From positions 12,927 through 76,926 of the forward strand of contig DYPL01000004.1 in the NCBI GenBank assembly GCA_020719945.1: a stretch of DNA of 64,000 nucleotides, read 5' to 3'. Shown in pieces: positions 17,937 through 27,822 of the stretch. The translations under genes were made by a program, and so were the position numbers. The notes under the pieces were generated by a model. It was not told the origin of the DNA, ran no database searches, and saw only the letters and a program-made list of their open reading frames with translations. The stretch comes from Turneriella parva. Its GTDB lineage: Bacteria; Spirochaetota; Leptospiria; Turneriellales; Turneriellaceae. Position 1 is the first letter of the stretch; each line of letters opens with the position of its first letter.

Positions 17937-18155
17937 ATGGAAAACAACGACGTTTGGTTAGGAATTTACAAGGGCTTGCGCCTTCCGGTTCTCGGGATTG
18001 CTCTTTTGATCCTCGCATGGGTGATCTTTAAGGGCAAGAACAAAGATAAATACGAAGAAGCGCGCTACACCATGCTCGACGATGATGTCGACCAGGGACT
18101 TGGCGATAAATTCCGGCCTGGTAAAGACGATAAAGTTAGTTCTAAAAAAGGATAA
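17937..18155 (+). CDS. ccoQ: Small membrane protein in the CcoQ position
   Basis: 72 aa with a single TM segment LPVLGIALLILAWVIF, between ccoO and ccoP. Assigned by position and size only. Confidence 0.5.
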   Translation: MENNDVWLGIYKGLRLPVLGIALLILAWVIFKGKNKDKYEEARYTMLDDDVDQGLGDKFRPGKDDKVSSKKG

Positions 18156-18216
18156 CGTTTCTCTGCCATGCAGGGAAAACCTTTTGCGGAATTTACAAAC
18201 TATTTAGGAGAGTTGT

Positions 18217-18753
18217 ATGAGTAATGAATATCGTGATGACGAAAAAATTGTAGATAACCGCGGCTGGCTTCCCGGCTGGTGGACTTGGATGCTGGTTGGT
18301 GGGATTGTATTCGCCCTTGTATATGCATTGTTGTACCGTCCGATTTGGGAGACCACACATATGCAAGAAGAGTACGACCATGAAGTGAAAACCATTGCCG
18401 CTAAGCAGGCAGCTGCAGCCCCTAAACTGGGCGAAATTGGCCCGGAAGGCACCAATCCTCTTCGTGGTGACGCAGCCGCTGTTGCAGCTGGCAAAGGCGT
18501 TTACGACGGAAAGTGTATGGCATGCCACGGAGCAGATGCTGTTGGTTCTATTGGTCCTTCTCTGGTTGACACAGCCTGGCTCTGGGGCGACAAAGACAAG
18601 GACGTTTATGACGTTATCAAGAATGGTCGTATGAAGCCAAAACAGCAGCCAGGCAAAGGCCCAATGCCCGTCCTTGCTGATGTAACTATCACTGAAGCCT
18701 ACCAAGTTATGGCGTGGATTGCCTCTAAGAATCCAAGCCTTCTCGAAAAATAA
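18217..18753 (+). CDS. ccoP: cbb3-type oxidase subunit III-like cytochrome c, short monohaem form
   Basis: 178 aa. FixP-N-like LPGWWTWMLVGGIVFALVY, one CMACHG site, and a distal GPMP Met ligand region. Confidence 0.75.
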   Translation: MSNEYRDDEKIVDNRGWLPGWWTWMLVGGIVFALVYALLYRPIWETTHMQEEYDHEVKTIAAKQAAAAPKLGEIGPEGTNPLRGDAAAVAAGKGVYDGKCMACHGADAVGSIGPSLVDTAWLWGDKDKDVYDVIKNGRMKPKQQPGKGPMPVLADVTITEAYQVMAWIASKNPSLLEK

Positions 18754-18781
18754 TTCGCAGACGTTTTGCGTATGGATTTGG

Positions 18782-18810
18782 GGTCGGGGGTTTCCCCGGC
18801 CTTTTTTTTT
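18782..18810 (+). terminator. Rho-independent terminator after ccoP
   Basis: 8-bp stem GGTCGGGG / CCCCGGCC (one G-U pair), 4-nt loop, then T9. Confidence 0.75.
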
Positions 18811-19003
18811 GTATTCTTGATGAATACTGTAAACTGTGAGCAAAAGTTTTCTTTGAAATGTATGGCTACAAGGTAGAGACTGAGTTTGAATTATTTAAGC
18901 TTCCCAAAAAAGTGGATGTAATTGTGATTGAATCGGAACGCAAATCAGCGCCCTAAAAAAGTTTGTACATTTTAGGAAGCCCTTTCAATAATTGCATTAG
19001 AAT

Positions 19004-20611
19004 ATGGCAAAAAAAACTATACTACGAGTTTGGAAAGGCTGGCTGTCGCCACTATGGCAGCACTCTCTGCGGAGCATCCGTATTCCCGCTTTTCTGCTTC
19101 TGGCGTTTAGTTACCACTCTCCCCTTATTTCTCTTGAACTGCGCATTCTGCACGTAAACGATACGCATTCCCACTTTGACGGAGAAGAGCTGAGCGCTGG
19201 TATTCGTTCCGGCGGTGCTTCGCTTCTGTATTCTGCCATAGCCGAGAGCCGCTCTCAAAAGCCCAATTCTCTTTTTTTACATGCTGGGGATATGTTCCAG
19301 GGAAGCCCGTATTTTTTTATCAGTCGCGGCGCCGATACCGTAGAGCTCTGGAACCAGATGGGGCTGGATGCTGCCGTTCCCGGTAACCACGAATTTGATC
19401 TTGGCGCGGAAGCTTTTGAAAACACGTATCTCAGGGCGGCCCGTTTTCCCGTGCTTGCCTCCAATGTTCGCCTTCTCTCCGTGGCCATTCCCAGCTCTCG
19501 CGTATTTGTGTTTGGGCAGGAGAAAGTTGGCGTGGTAGGCATTTTAACGGAGACGACGAGTCGCATTTCTGCCGCTGGAAAAAATCTCGTTATTGAAAGT
19601 GAGCACACGGCTGCCCTGCGTGAAATTCGCGCATTGGAGCGGCAGGGAGTTTCTAATATTATTCTTTTGTCTCATGCCGGGCTTGAAAGGGACAGGCAGC
19701 TTGCGCGCACTTTGCCCGGTGTAGATATTATTGTTGGCGGCCATTCGCATACTCCCATGGGGCTGCCCGTTTCTCTGCATGGATCTTCGTTTTTAGAGTA
19801 TCCAGAATTGCTTTCCAATGCCGACGGTGATCCTGTCGTGATTGTTCAAGCTTGGCAGAACATGGCTGCTCTTGGCATTCTCGACGTTACCGTGGACGGC
19901 ACTTTAAAGCGTGCAGTGGGTCGCGTTTGTCTTTTGGTGGACGCTAAACAAAAATTGCCAGATTCCTTTTCTAAGGAAGCCTGTGTTTTACGCCCTCAGC
20001 CTGATTCTGCCATAGAGCAATGGCTTATTCCACGTCGTGAGGCATTGAAAACCTGGGGCTCGAAAACGCTCGCCGCATTGCCTCCCGGTGTTCGCGAAGA
20101 TCGCTTGCAGACAGGCTATTGGGTAGCTGCCTCTATGGCGCAGGCTACAGGCGCACACATTGCCATTATGAATGCAGGCGGCGTTCGAGAATCCTTGAAA
20201 AGCGGATCAATCAATCACCGCGATATTTACAGCGTGTTGCCGTTTGGGAACGCTCTCGTGACGATAGATTTGACGGGTGAGGATCTTTCTCGTTTTATTG
20301 AAACGGGCCTTTTATTTGCCAGGTACAGAAACCAGTCCGATATTTTTTACATGCATGGAATAGAGCTTGCGCCAGATTGTGTTTCCCGCTCGTTTTGTTC
20401 TCCAAAATCGATTATTCTTCTGAAGAATGGAATGCGCGAGGCTCTGGATCCGGAGTCTACGTACCGCATTGTCGTGAACAGTTTTATGGCTTCTGGGGGA
20501 GATGGTTATGTAGTTTCCCCCAATGCTTCCGTTCGCTCTACTGACATTCTGGATCGGGATGCTTTTGCGGCCTATTTGGGGATGCTTTTTCCGCCTCCTG
20601 AAACAGAATAA
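19004..20611 (+). CDS. Bifunctional metallophosphatase / 5'-nucleotidase (UshA-like), secreted
   Basis: 535 aa. LHVNDTHSH, GDMFQGS, GNHEFD and GGHSH metallophosphoesterase motifs, plus a C-terminal 5'-nucleotidase domain. Confidence 0.85.
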   Translation: MAKKTILRVWKGWLSPLWQHSLRSIRIPAFLLLAFSYHSPLISLELRILHVNDTHSHFDGEELSAGIRSGGASLLYSAIAESRSQKPNSLFLHAGDMFQGSPYFFISRGADTVELWNQMGLDAAVPGNHEFDLGAEAFENTYLRAARFPVLASNVRLLSVAIPSSRVFVFGQEKVGVVGILTETTSRISAAGKNLVIESEHTAALREIRALERQGVSNIILLSHAGLERDRQLARTLPGVDIIVGGHSHTPMGLPVSLHGSSFLEYPELLSNADGDPVVIVQAWQNMAALGILDVTVDGTLKRAVGRVCLLVDAKQKLPDSFSKEACVLRPQPDSAIEQWLIPRREALKTWGSKTLAALPPGVREDRLQTGYWVAASMAQATGAHIAIMNAGGVRESLKSGSINHRDIYSVLPFGNALVTIDLTGEDLSRFIETGLLFARYRNQSDIFYMHGIELAPDCVSRSFCSPKSIILLKNGMREALDPESTYRIVVNSFMASGGDGYVVSPNASVRSTDILDRDAFAAYLGMLFPPPETE

Positions 20612-20662
20612 TTCTGCGCCGGAAGCGTGTTTGTTTTCCGGCTGCCCCCGCCGGATAAGCTT

Positions 20663-21616
20663 TCACTGGTACAGGTTTGTGAATTCTACGGCCCGCTTTT
20701 CGCTGTAATACAGGTTCTTTGCATCCGGAAAGCCCGCATGGCCACCGTGTTCGGTTGATTCCATAAAGACAAAATCGCTTGGTCCCGCTGCCCATTGAGG
20801 AAAACATTGTGGCGTTAGAAAGGGATCATCAATTGCGTTGAGAAGCAGTGTGGGAATTCGAATATGCGGTATCAAAAGCAGCGAAGAACAACTCTGCCAG
20901 TATTCTTTAGCCGATTTGAATCCATGCAACGGAGCCGTGTATGTTTTGTCAAATCCCTCGAAGTCTTTGATTGCGGGCAGAGACAAAAGGTCAATGCGCC
21001 CTGGAAATTTCTGTGCTTTCAGAATCATTTTTTGCGTGAGTTTTCGTAAAAAGCGTTTCATGTAGATGGTGTTATCCCATTCTGCAAGGCGGTAGGCAAC
21101 GGACTCCAGATGTACCGGTACGGATATCGTTACGGCAGATTTGATTTCTTTTCGCACATTTTTGCGTGTACCAAGATAATGCAGGATCTGGTTTCCCCCC
21201 AGCGAAAACCCGGCCAGATGCAGCCTGCTGTATTTTTGGGCACGCGCGTGGTCAATAACGCGCAGCAGATCATCTGTGGAGCAACTGTGATAAAACCGCA
21301 ACAGCCGGTTTGGCTCTCCAGAGCAGCCGCGAAAATTCCACGCGAGAACTGTATAGTCGGCATCGATGAATGCCTTGACCATACCCTGCACATACTTTGC
21401 GCGGGAGGATCCCTCCATGCCGTGGCTGATGATCGCAAGATTTTTTTTGCCGGGGGCATACCAGTCGAGATCCAGAAAATCTCCGTCTTTGAGTTCCAGC
21501 CTTTCTGTTTGTGGTTCTTGCAGTTTTATTTTTCGGAACAAAACCGGGTAAATCGTTGCCCAGTGTCCATTTTTGTGCAGAAGGGCTGGCTTATACTGTG
21601 GCGGGATTATCGGCAT
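20663..21616 (-). CDS. Alpha/beta hydrolase (YheT-like)
   Basis: 317 aa. Nucleophile elbow AGFSLGGN. The N-terminus HWATIYPVLFR is typical of the COG0429 family. Confidence 0.8.
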   Translation of the reverse strand: MPIIPPQYKPALLHKNGHWATIYPVLFRKIKLQEPQTERLELKDGDFLDLDWYAPGKKNLAIISHGMEGSSRAKYVQGMVKAFIDADYTVLAWNFRGCSGEPNRLLRFYHSCSTDDLLRVIDHARAQKYSRLHLAGFSLGGNQILHYLGTRKNVRKEIKSAVTISVPVHLESVAYRLAEWDNTIYMKRFLRKLTQKMILKAQKFPGRIDLLSLPAIKDFEGFDKTYTAPLHGFKSAKEYWQSCSSLLLIPHIRIPTLLLNAIDDPFLTPQCFPQWAAGPSDFVFMESTEHGGHAGFPDAKNLYYSEKRAVEFTNLYQ

Positions 21617-21778
21617 AGGTTTTTTTATTCAGCGCTTCTGCCGGGAAAACTATTTTTATGGATTGCAGAGTGCGAAGGGATGAATCGCCACCCCAAAAAT
21701 AGCTTTTCAGGGAACCAAATGAGTGGCAACTTGGTCTAACAACTGCCTGAAAAGAGCAACAATGTCAATGGAGGAACC

Positions 21779-22177
21779 ATGAAGAAAATTACTGTATTAC
21801 TCACAGCTCTCGCCGTAGCGGGAAGTCTGTTTGCCGGTGAGCACCCCGTTAAAGCCCAGATTGCCAAATACGAGGCACAAGCCGGTGAGCCGCTCGATGC
21901 CGCGCGTGGTAAAGAACTCTGGGAAAAAAAAGTACCGGGTGAAAAATTTGACAAAAGCTGCACAAACTGCCACAACGCAGATGTGACGCAGCCTGGAAAA
22001 AACAAAGCCAAAAACGATAAAAAGATCAAACCAATGGCTTTGTCTGCAAATCCGAATGCCTACAAGAGATCCTTAAAAGTGGAGCACAATTTCAATACGT
22101 ACTGTGAAAAAGTGTACGGCCAGAAATGCACCGCCCGCGAAAAAGGGGACATCCTCTTGTATCTTTCCCAGCAGTAA
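21779..22177 (+). CDS. Secreted DUF1924-type c-type cytochrome-like protein
   Basis: 132 aa. Signal peptide, CTNCHN haem site, IKPMALSANP and CTAREKGDILLYL, as in DUF1924. Confidence 0.7.
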   Translation: MKKITVLLTALAVAGSLFAGEHPVKAQIAKYEAQAGEPLDAARGKELWEKKVPGEKFDKSCTNCHNADVTQPGKNKAKNDKKIKPMALSANPNAYKRSLKVEHNFNTYCEKVYGQKCTAREKGDILLYLSQQ

Positions 22178-22266
22178 GCCCACCAGTATGTGAACGTACA
22201 ATTGAACGGTGCCCGATTAACGAAAAAATAAACTTTGTCGGCAGCAAAGTACCCTGCGCGCAGCGC

Positions 22267-22291
22267 AAAAAAGGGGGAGCTTTACTCCCCC
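22267..22291 (-). terminator. Rho-independent terminator of the superoxide reductase gene
   Basis: On the minus strand: stem GGGGGAG / CTCCCCC, 5-nt loop, followed by U6 (A6 at 22267-22272 on the plus strand). Confidence 0.65.
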
Positions 22292-22298
22292 GTACAGT

Positions 22299-22688
22299 TT
22301 ACTCAGAAACCGATACTTCTACCGGATCGCTTTCCCAGAGACCGTGCTTAGTGCAGTACGAGTGAGCCACCAGCTTCATGTTCTCTTTGGGAACAATGTG
22401 GAAGGTGACTTCTGCCTGGCCCTTGTGGTCCTGGCCGCCGAGCATACCTGCGAGAAAGCGCGCTTCGCCTAAATAGCGCTCGCCATCAAAAAACTGAATC
22501 CATGCGATGTAGTGATCAAAGTCGTCTGGGTGTGCGTATTCATTTCCCATTTTGACTGTAACCGCGAATTTCTCGCCTTTTTGGGCTGTGGAAGCGCAGT
22601 GGATAAACGGTGAATGGCGGTCTATGTAATCCTTTTTGGCTTCTCTTTCTACTGTGTCTATATCTACATACTTGTTAATTTTTGGCAT
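22299..22688 (-). CDS. Superoxide reductase (neelaredoxin / desulfoferrodoxin Fe-centre II domain)
   Basis: 129 aa. DRHSPFI (the EKHVP equivalent), HPDDFDHYIAW, and CTKHGLWES (Cys/His iron ligands). Confidence 0.75.
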   Translation of the reverse strand: MPKINKYVDIDTVEREAKKDYIDRHSPFIHCASTAQKGEKFAVTVKMGNEYAHPDDFDHYIAWIQFFDGERYLGEARFLAGMLGGQDHKGQAEVTFHIVPKENMKLVAHSYCTKHGLWESDPVEVSVSE

Positions 22689-22780
22689 ATTCTGTCCTTT
22701 GCATTTTCTCGCTGATAAACGGCATCCGTTATCAGAGGATAATCCAGTATACTTCTATTTTTAGATTCCTTCCAAAAAAA

Positions 22781-24352
22781 TTACGGCTGACCCTTGTTTT
22801 GTTTTTGCGTTGTGCGTCTGGCATTGGGGAAGACGAGGCCTTCTGAGTTTTCGCCTTCTACCCTTTCACGCGCAAGATATTTTCCACCATTGAGGGTAGC
22901 AAGAAATGCGACCAATTGTTCGCGCAGCGTATTGCGAAGATTCCAGTATTCGTCCGTGTTGGGTGCCGTGGCCTGGAATCGCAGCTCCACGACTCGATCC
23001 GTGACGTCAGAGACTACCATGGCCGATTCTGTTCTATCCCAGTGCGGATTTTTCTGGAGAATTTTCATAAAATGCGCGCGCAGCTTTTCGAGAGGAACTT
23101 TATAATCTGCATAGAGGAAAACTGTGGCGAGAAGCTGGGGATTGCTGCGCGTCCAGTTTTCGAGAACTTCGTCGAGCATTTTCTGCATGGGCACGACGAG
23201 TCGACGCTGGTCCCACAGTAGAATGACGACAAACGTGAGATGAATTTCTTCTACCGTGCCGACATTTCCGTCAAAGACAATTCTATCGCCAATGCGAACC
23301 GGCATGGTAATGCCAAGCTGTATCCCCGCGAGAATGCTTCCCAGCGTTTTTTGAGCCGCAAAACCAATGAGGACGCCGGCAATACCGGCAGAGGCGAGCA
23401 ACGAAACGCCCAACTGTTTCATGACCGGGAATTGTGCGAGAACAAGTGACAGACCTACTATGAACACGGTTATTTTTACGACGCGCCTCATAACGATGAT
23501 CTGCGTTTTTACTCCGCTGCTTTGGAGCGGGTCTGTATATCGTTCATCGAGATTTGCCTGGAGAATATTGGTTCCAAAATCAATGACTCTTAGCAGCAAC
23601 CAGAAAAAAGATGAAATGAGAAAAATAGACAGCAGGATTTCTGTAGCCTGGTCTGCCGGGAGAGGGAGCCGCAACAAAGGAATTGCAAATTTCAGAAAAG
23701 CCGAAGTAATAAAGAAAATTGCCGGTTTCCGGGTGAGTTGGAAAAAATCTCGCAGTTTTTCTGCCCGCAGGAACACTCGGTTGGAACGTACGACTGCCGT
23801 GAATATTTTCAGGGTAATCCACGCGAGAACAATAGCAAAGGGCAGTAAAATAAGAATTGAGAACCATTGCCATTGCTGGAGGTAGAAAAACTTTCTGTTG
23901 AAAGATTCAGCAGGAAAAAGAGCTTTGAGAGGTCCCGGTCCGTAGCGGTCGAAAAGCTTGTCTGTAAGCAGAATTGTTTCGTCGTTAAAAACCCAGTGTC
24001 CTTTTTCTGAAATAAATATCATTTCCAGGTTTGCGGTTTTTCCACCTACCTCAAGCTGGGTGAGTATTATTTTTCTCTCTTGCGCTTCTTTAGGCGTTTT
24101 CTCTTTTTCATCTGCGAGCGATATGTCCCGGAAGCGGCTTTCTCCGAGATAGTTCAGCACATAGCCCAAGCGCCGGATTGTTTTATCTGATTGGAGTGGT
24201 TCGCTTTCGAGATACTCGGATGCCTTCGCATATTTTTTTTCGTTAACCAGATTAAGAAAGTCCATTACACTTTTTTCCGGTGACGATGTTTTGGCAGATA
24301 CAGACCCGAGAGAGATCAGGAGAAGAAGAGATACAAGAAACCGAAAAGTCAT
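22781..24352 (-). CDS. Mechanosensitive ion channel (MscS family) with an N-terminal periplasmic domain
   Basis: 523 aa. Signal peptide, several TM segments, and the MscS beta-domain motif PVRIGDRIVFDGNVGTVEEIHLTFVVI. Confidence 0.85.
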   Translation of the reverse strand: MTFRFLVSLLLLISLGSVSAKTSSPEKSVMDFLNLVNEKKYAKASEYLESEPLQSDKTIRRLGYVLNYLGESRFRDISLADEKEKTPKEAQERKIILTQLEVGGKTANLEMIFISEKGHWVFNDETILLTDKLFDRYGPGPLKALFPAESFNRKFFYLQQWQWFSILILLPFAIVLAWITLKIFTAVVRSNRVFLRAEKLRDFFQLTRKPAIFFITSAFLKFAIPLLRLPLPADQATEILLSIFLISSFFWLLLRVIDFGTNILQANLDERYTDPLQSSGVKTQIIVMRRVVKITVFIVGLSLVLAQFPVMKQLGVSLLASAGIAGVLIGFAAQKTLGSILAGIQLGITMPVRIGDRIVFDGNVGTVEEIHLTFVVILLWDQRRLVVPMQKMLDEVLENWTRSNPQLLATVFLYADYKVPLEKLRAHFMKILQKNPHWDRTESAMVVSDVTDRVVELRFQATAPNTDEYWNLRNTLREQLVAFLATLNGGKYLARERVEGENSEGLVFPNARRTTQKQNKGQP

Positions 24353-24393
24353 ACGCGAACAAATTGAATACGCGGAACGTATCGAAAAGGAAT

Positions 24394-25233
24394 TTAATAT
24401 TGCCGGTACCGGGCCAGCATTGTCTCATTGCCTTCGAGGCCACCTCCGTGCAGAAATACAGCCGCTTCATTTTCTGGAAAGCGATAGTGTTCCAGTGCCA
24501 GCCATGCAGGCACATCGTATAAAAGATCAAATTCTATACCAGCGTTCTTCAGCCGGTTGTACATGGAGGGTACCGCATCGTGCAGACTTCCAAAGGGAAA
24601 AGAAAAAGGCAGCGGAATTTGTTCTATTCTTTCTGTTGGAAAAGGAGTCTCCGGAAATGGAGACCGAATTTTTTTTTCTGCCAGTGACACAATGCGCAAT
24701 TGAAAATTTTCTGGAATATGTTTTGCGAGATAATATGCTGTAGTAAAACTGCCGGCGGCCATGTATAGGCCCACTGGTTGACTGGTTCCGAGCTGTTCTA
24801 CGAATTCCATGGCGAGCATTGCGATTCCCTGTTCTGCACATGGGTGCGCTATTCCTGTCGGTAAAAATAAATCTTCTGTTCCTGCGTTTTTGCGGGCCTC
24901 TTCGCAGGGGGATTTGGATTCAATGAACCGAGCACCGGCCAGAATGCTCTTCTGGAAATTACCACTCGGATGGGACAAAAGAAAAGTGCTTATTCTGCGA
25001 GTATAGTAATGGAATGGAATAGAAAGTTCCCGGGCTGCGTTCGCGATTGCAAGCATTGCGTTGGACTGGTTTCCTCCGCAGGAAATAATTTTTGCCGGAG
25101 TTCCGCAATGTCCTGTGAGCAGGCTGTGGAGTTTGCGACGTTTGTTCCCGTTATAGGGACTGTCTGATGTATCTTCCCTTTTTACCAGAAATGCATGATC
25201 AAGAAAATGTAAAATATCCAGGGGCGTTGTCAC
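24394..25233 (-). CDS. PLP-dependent enzyme of the ACC deaminase / D-cysteine desulfhydrase family
   Basis: 279 aa, GTG start. REDTSDSPYNGNKRRKL (PLP-Lys motif GNKxRKL) and GGNQSN. Confidence 0.7.
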   Translation of the reverse strand: MTTPLDILHFLDHAFLVKREDTSDSPYNGNKRRKLHSLLTGHCGTPAKIISCGGNQSNAMLAIANAARELSIPFHYYTRRISTFLLSHPSGNFQKSILAGARFIESKSPCEEARKNAGTEDLFLPTGIAHPCAEQGIAMLAMEFVEQLGTSQPVGLYMAAGSFTTAYYLAKHIPENFQLRIVSLAEKKIRSPFPETPFPTERIEQIPLPFSFPFGSLHDAVPSMYNRLKNAGIEFDLLYDVPAWLALEHYRFPENEAAVFLHGGGLEGNETMLARYRQY

Positions 25234-25318
25234 GGCTGATTCTGCGTTACGCTGTGGAAGGTAAACCTAATTCACTTTTTACGCTTTACGATTTTCCGCT
25301 TTCTGCAATTCTTCCCCC

Positions 25319-25954
25319 ATGACTTTTCCGGAACTCATGAAAGCACGCCGATCGCGTCGCTGGTTCGACAAACACAAAAAGATTCCCCAGCCTTTAATCG
25401 ATAGAATTCTGGAAACTGCATTGCGAGCTCCCTCGTTCATGAACAGCCAGCCGTGGCGCGTTGTCGTTGCAGGCATGGATACAGTGCAGCGAGTCGTAGA
25501 TTCTCTCGAGAAACACCACAACAATGGAAGTACTTCAATGCCGTATGCTTGGCCTGCATCATGGCCTGCACCGCAACAGGCTAACGTAGACGAGACGCGC
25601 AGGCTGCGCGCACCGCACCGCGAGGAACCAGTCGATTTGTTTTCTAAGTGGGCTTACGATGCACCCGTAACCGTTTTTCTATGTCTTGAAAATTCTCTCA
25701 ACGAATGGTCGATAATGGATATGGGTGCTTTTGCCATGGCGCTCATGTTAGCGGCAGAAGAAGAGGGGATTCACTCCGTTCCGCAGGCAAAGCTGGTCAA
25801 CAACACGAAAGAACTCCGCGAAATTCTGAATCTGCCAGAATCCATTACTCCAATTTTGGGAATTTCTATGGGATATGCTATTGCAGAGAAAGTCTCAAAT
25901 ACATTTGTCTCTCCAAGAATGCCTGTTCCGGAATTCACGGAATACAGGCCCTGA
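25319..25954 (+). CDS. Nitroreductase family protein
   Basis: 211 aa. RRSRRWFDKHKKIPQPLIDRILETALRAPSFMNSQPWRVVV. Confidence 0.8.
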   Translation: MTFPELMKARRSRRWFDKHKKIPQPLIDRILETALRAPSFMNSQPWRVVVAGMDTVQRVVDSLEKHHNNGSTSMPYAWPASWPAPQQANVDETRRLRAPHREEPVDLFSKWAYDAPVTVFLCLENSLNEWSIMDMGAFAMALMLAAEEEGIHSVPQAKLVNNTKELREILNLPESITPILGISMGYAIAEKVSNTFVSPRMPVPEFTEYRP

Positions 25955-25969
25955 CCGAGAGGAATTATC

Positions 25970-27154
25970 ATGCATCCCTCTCCCCATATACTCATCGTAG
26001 AAGACAGCAAAACACACCAGCGCATTATTGAGCATGTATTGCGCACAGACACAGATTTTACATTCACCATCACAGATTCTCTTATTGCAGCTCGCGAGGC
26101 CATGTCTTCCGAGAGTTTTACCGCTGCTCTACTCGATATACATCTTCCCGATTCTGTGGATGGTGAAATTGTCGATGAGGTAATAAAGAAGAAGATCCCT
26201 GCGATCCTGCTTACGGCAGATGTGAGCGAAGACACGCGGCGTCGCTATGTAAACAAGGCAATTGTTGACTTTGTTAACAAAGGGACTATTGAAGACATAT
26301 CTTTTGCGGTTCAGTTGTTGCGCCAGATCCACCTGAATCGGGAAATTCATGCCGTTGTGGCGGAAGATTCTCTTGTTACACTGTCTCTACTCACCCGCTA
26401 TTTGGAAGTTTTGCAGTTTCAGGTACATACTGCTGTGAACGGCCAGGAAGCCTACCGGCTTGCCATGCAATACAAACCGCAGATTGTCATCACCGATATT
26501 CAAATGCCCGTAATGGGGGGAATAGAGCTCACGAGAAAACTACGGCGCGAATTTTCGCGCAATGATATGGTGATTCTCGTGGTGTCTGCCGACAACGACG
26601 ATAAGGCGACTTCCCAGCTCCTGAAACTCGGTGCTAACGATTACATTGTAAAACCTGTGAGCCGCGAAAATTTTGCAGCGCGTATATTATTGAATATAAG
26701 AAATCTGCAGCTCGTGCATAACCTTGCAGAGGCTAATAAAAAACTACAGGCTTCCAACGCCAAAGTTCTCAATCGCGAAAATCTTTTAAACCAGTACAAA
26801 ATGGTGATTGATCGGTCCATGCTCGTAGCGAAAATGAACCCGGGCGGAACCATCACCTATGCCAATGAACGCTTTGGAGAAATAGTCGGGATTTCTCGCG
26901 AAAACCTGATTGGTCGGGAATATGCTCATTTGCTGCATAAAGACAACGGGATAGAAATCACAGAACAAATGTGGAAAACACTCAACGAAGGCAATACGTG
27001 GATTGGTACCCTGCAGGATGAGTCCGGAAAAACAGCAGAGTATATCAGCATTTTTCAGGACATTACTGAAATTCAGGAACTTCGAGAATATCTCCAGAAT
27101 GAGCTCAATGTTTCCGTGGCTAACTTGAAGCAGGCCATCGTAAAAACAGAATAG
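25970..27154 (+). CDS. Response regulator with two receiver domains and a PAS domain; ends at an in-frame TAG just before an HD-GYP domain
   Basis: REC1 ILIVEDS...LLDIHLPD. REC2 AVVAEDS...VITDIQMPVMGG...DYIVKP. PAS TITYANERFGEIVGISRENLIGREY...IFQDITE. Confidence 0.8.
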   Translation: MHPSPHILIVEDSKTHQRIIEHVLRTDTDFTFTITDSLIAAREAMSSESFTAALLDIHLPDSVDGEIVDEVIKKKIPAILLTADVSEDTRRRYVNKAIVDFVNKGTIEDISFAVQLLRQIHLNREIHAVVAEDSLVTLSLLTRYLEVLQFQVHTAVNGQEAYRLAMQYKPQIVITDIQMPVMGGIELTRKLRREFSRNDMVILVVSADNDDKATSQLLKLGANDYIVKPVSRENFAARILLNIRNLQLVHNLAEANKKLQASNAKVLNRENLLNQYKMVIDRSMLVAKMNPGGTITYANERFGEIVGISRENLIGREYAHLLHKDNGIEITEQMWKTLNEGNTWIGTLQDESGKTAEYISIFQDITEIQELREYLQNELNVSVANLKQAIVKTE

Positions 27155-27184
27155 TATGAAAAAGTTATTTCCAGATCCAGTCTG

Positions 27185-27784
27185 GTGACCAGAACAAATC
27201 TTGATGGAGAAATTGCGGAGTCGCGCAGCAAAGAGACGGGAAATCACGTTAAGCGCGTGGCCGAATACAGTTATCTGTTGGCAAAAAAATACGGACTACC
27301 AGAAGTAGAATGCGAGCTGTTGCGCCATGCTGCACCCATGCACGACATTGGAAAAGTTGCAATCCCGGATGCAATTCTGAACAAACCAGCAAGACTAACG
27401 CCCGAAGAGCGCATGGTCATGGAAAGGCACGCCGAAATTGGCTACCGCGTGATGAGCGGAAGCACGCGGGAAATTCTCAATGCAGCAGCAGTTATAGCCG
27501 GTAATCACCACGAAAAATGGGATGGGACCGGGTATCCTGCTAAACTTAAGGAAACCCAGATTCCACTGTATGGACGAATTGTTTCCGTTGCGGATGTATT
27601 TGATGCGTTGATTACACCGCGCGTCTATAAAGAAGCATGGCCAATCGAAAAAATAACTGCATATTTTGAAGCAGAAAAAGGTAAACATTTTGATCCCCAG
27701 CTGGTCGATATTCTGCTCGATAAAAAGGACGAGTTTCTGGAAATTTTTATGAGGCATTCGGATTTAGATCAAGCGCTCCATTAA
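27185..27784 (+). CDS. HD-GYP domain protein (probable c-di-GMP phosphodiesterase output domain), in the same frame as the preceding ORF
   Basis: ETGNHVKRV, HAAPMHDIGKVAIPD, HHEKWDGTGYP. GTG start with no obvious SD. The frame is identical to that of 25970-27154. Confidence 0.8.
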   Translation: MTRTNLDGEIAESRSKETGNHVKRVAEYSYLLAKKYGLPEVECELLRHAAPMHDIGKVAIPDAILNKPARLTPEERMVMERHAEIGYRVMSGSTREILNAAAVIAGNHHEKWDGTGYPAKLKETQIPLYGRIVSVADVFDALITPRVYKEAWPIEKITAYFEAEKGKHFDPQLVDILLDKKDEFLEIFMRHSDLDQALH

Positions 27785-27822
27785 AAGTTTACAAAGCAAC
27801 TCTGGAAAAGCATTTCGTTCTG

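Noticed and set aside
18858-18956. 32-codon ORF MYGYKVETEFELFKLPKKVDVIVIESERKSAP downstream of the ccoP terminator, vaguely reminiscent of a PD-(D/E)XK / YraN-like nuclease core
   Set aside because: It is too short, and my recollection of the family pattern is too vague to support a call. It may be another gene relic, but this cannot be decided without a profile search.
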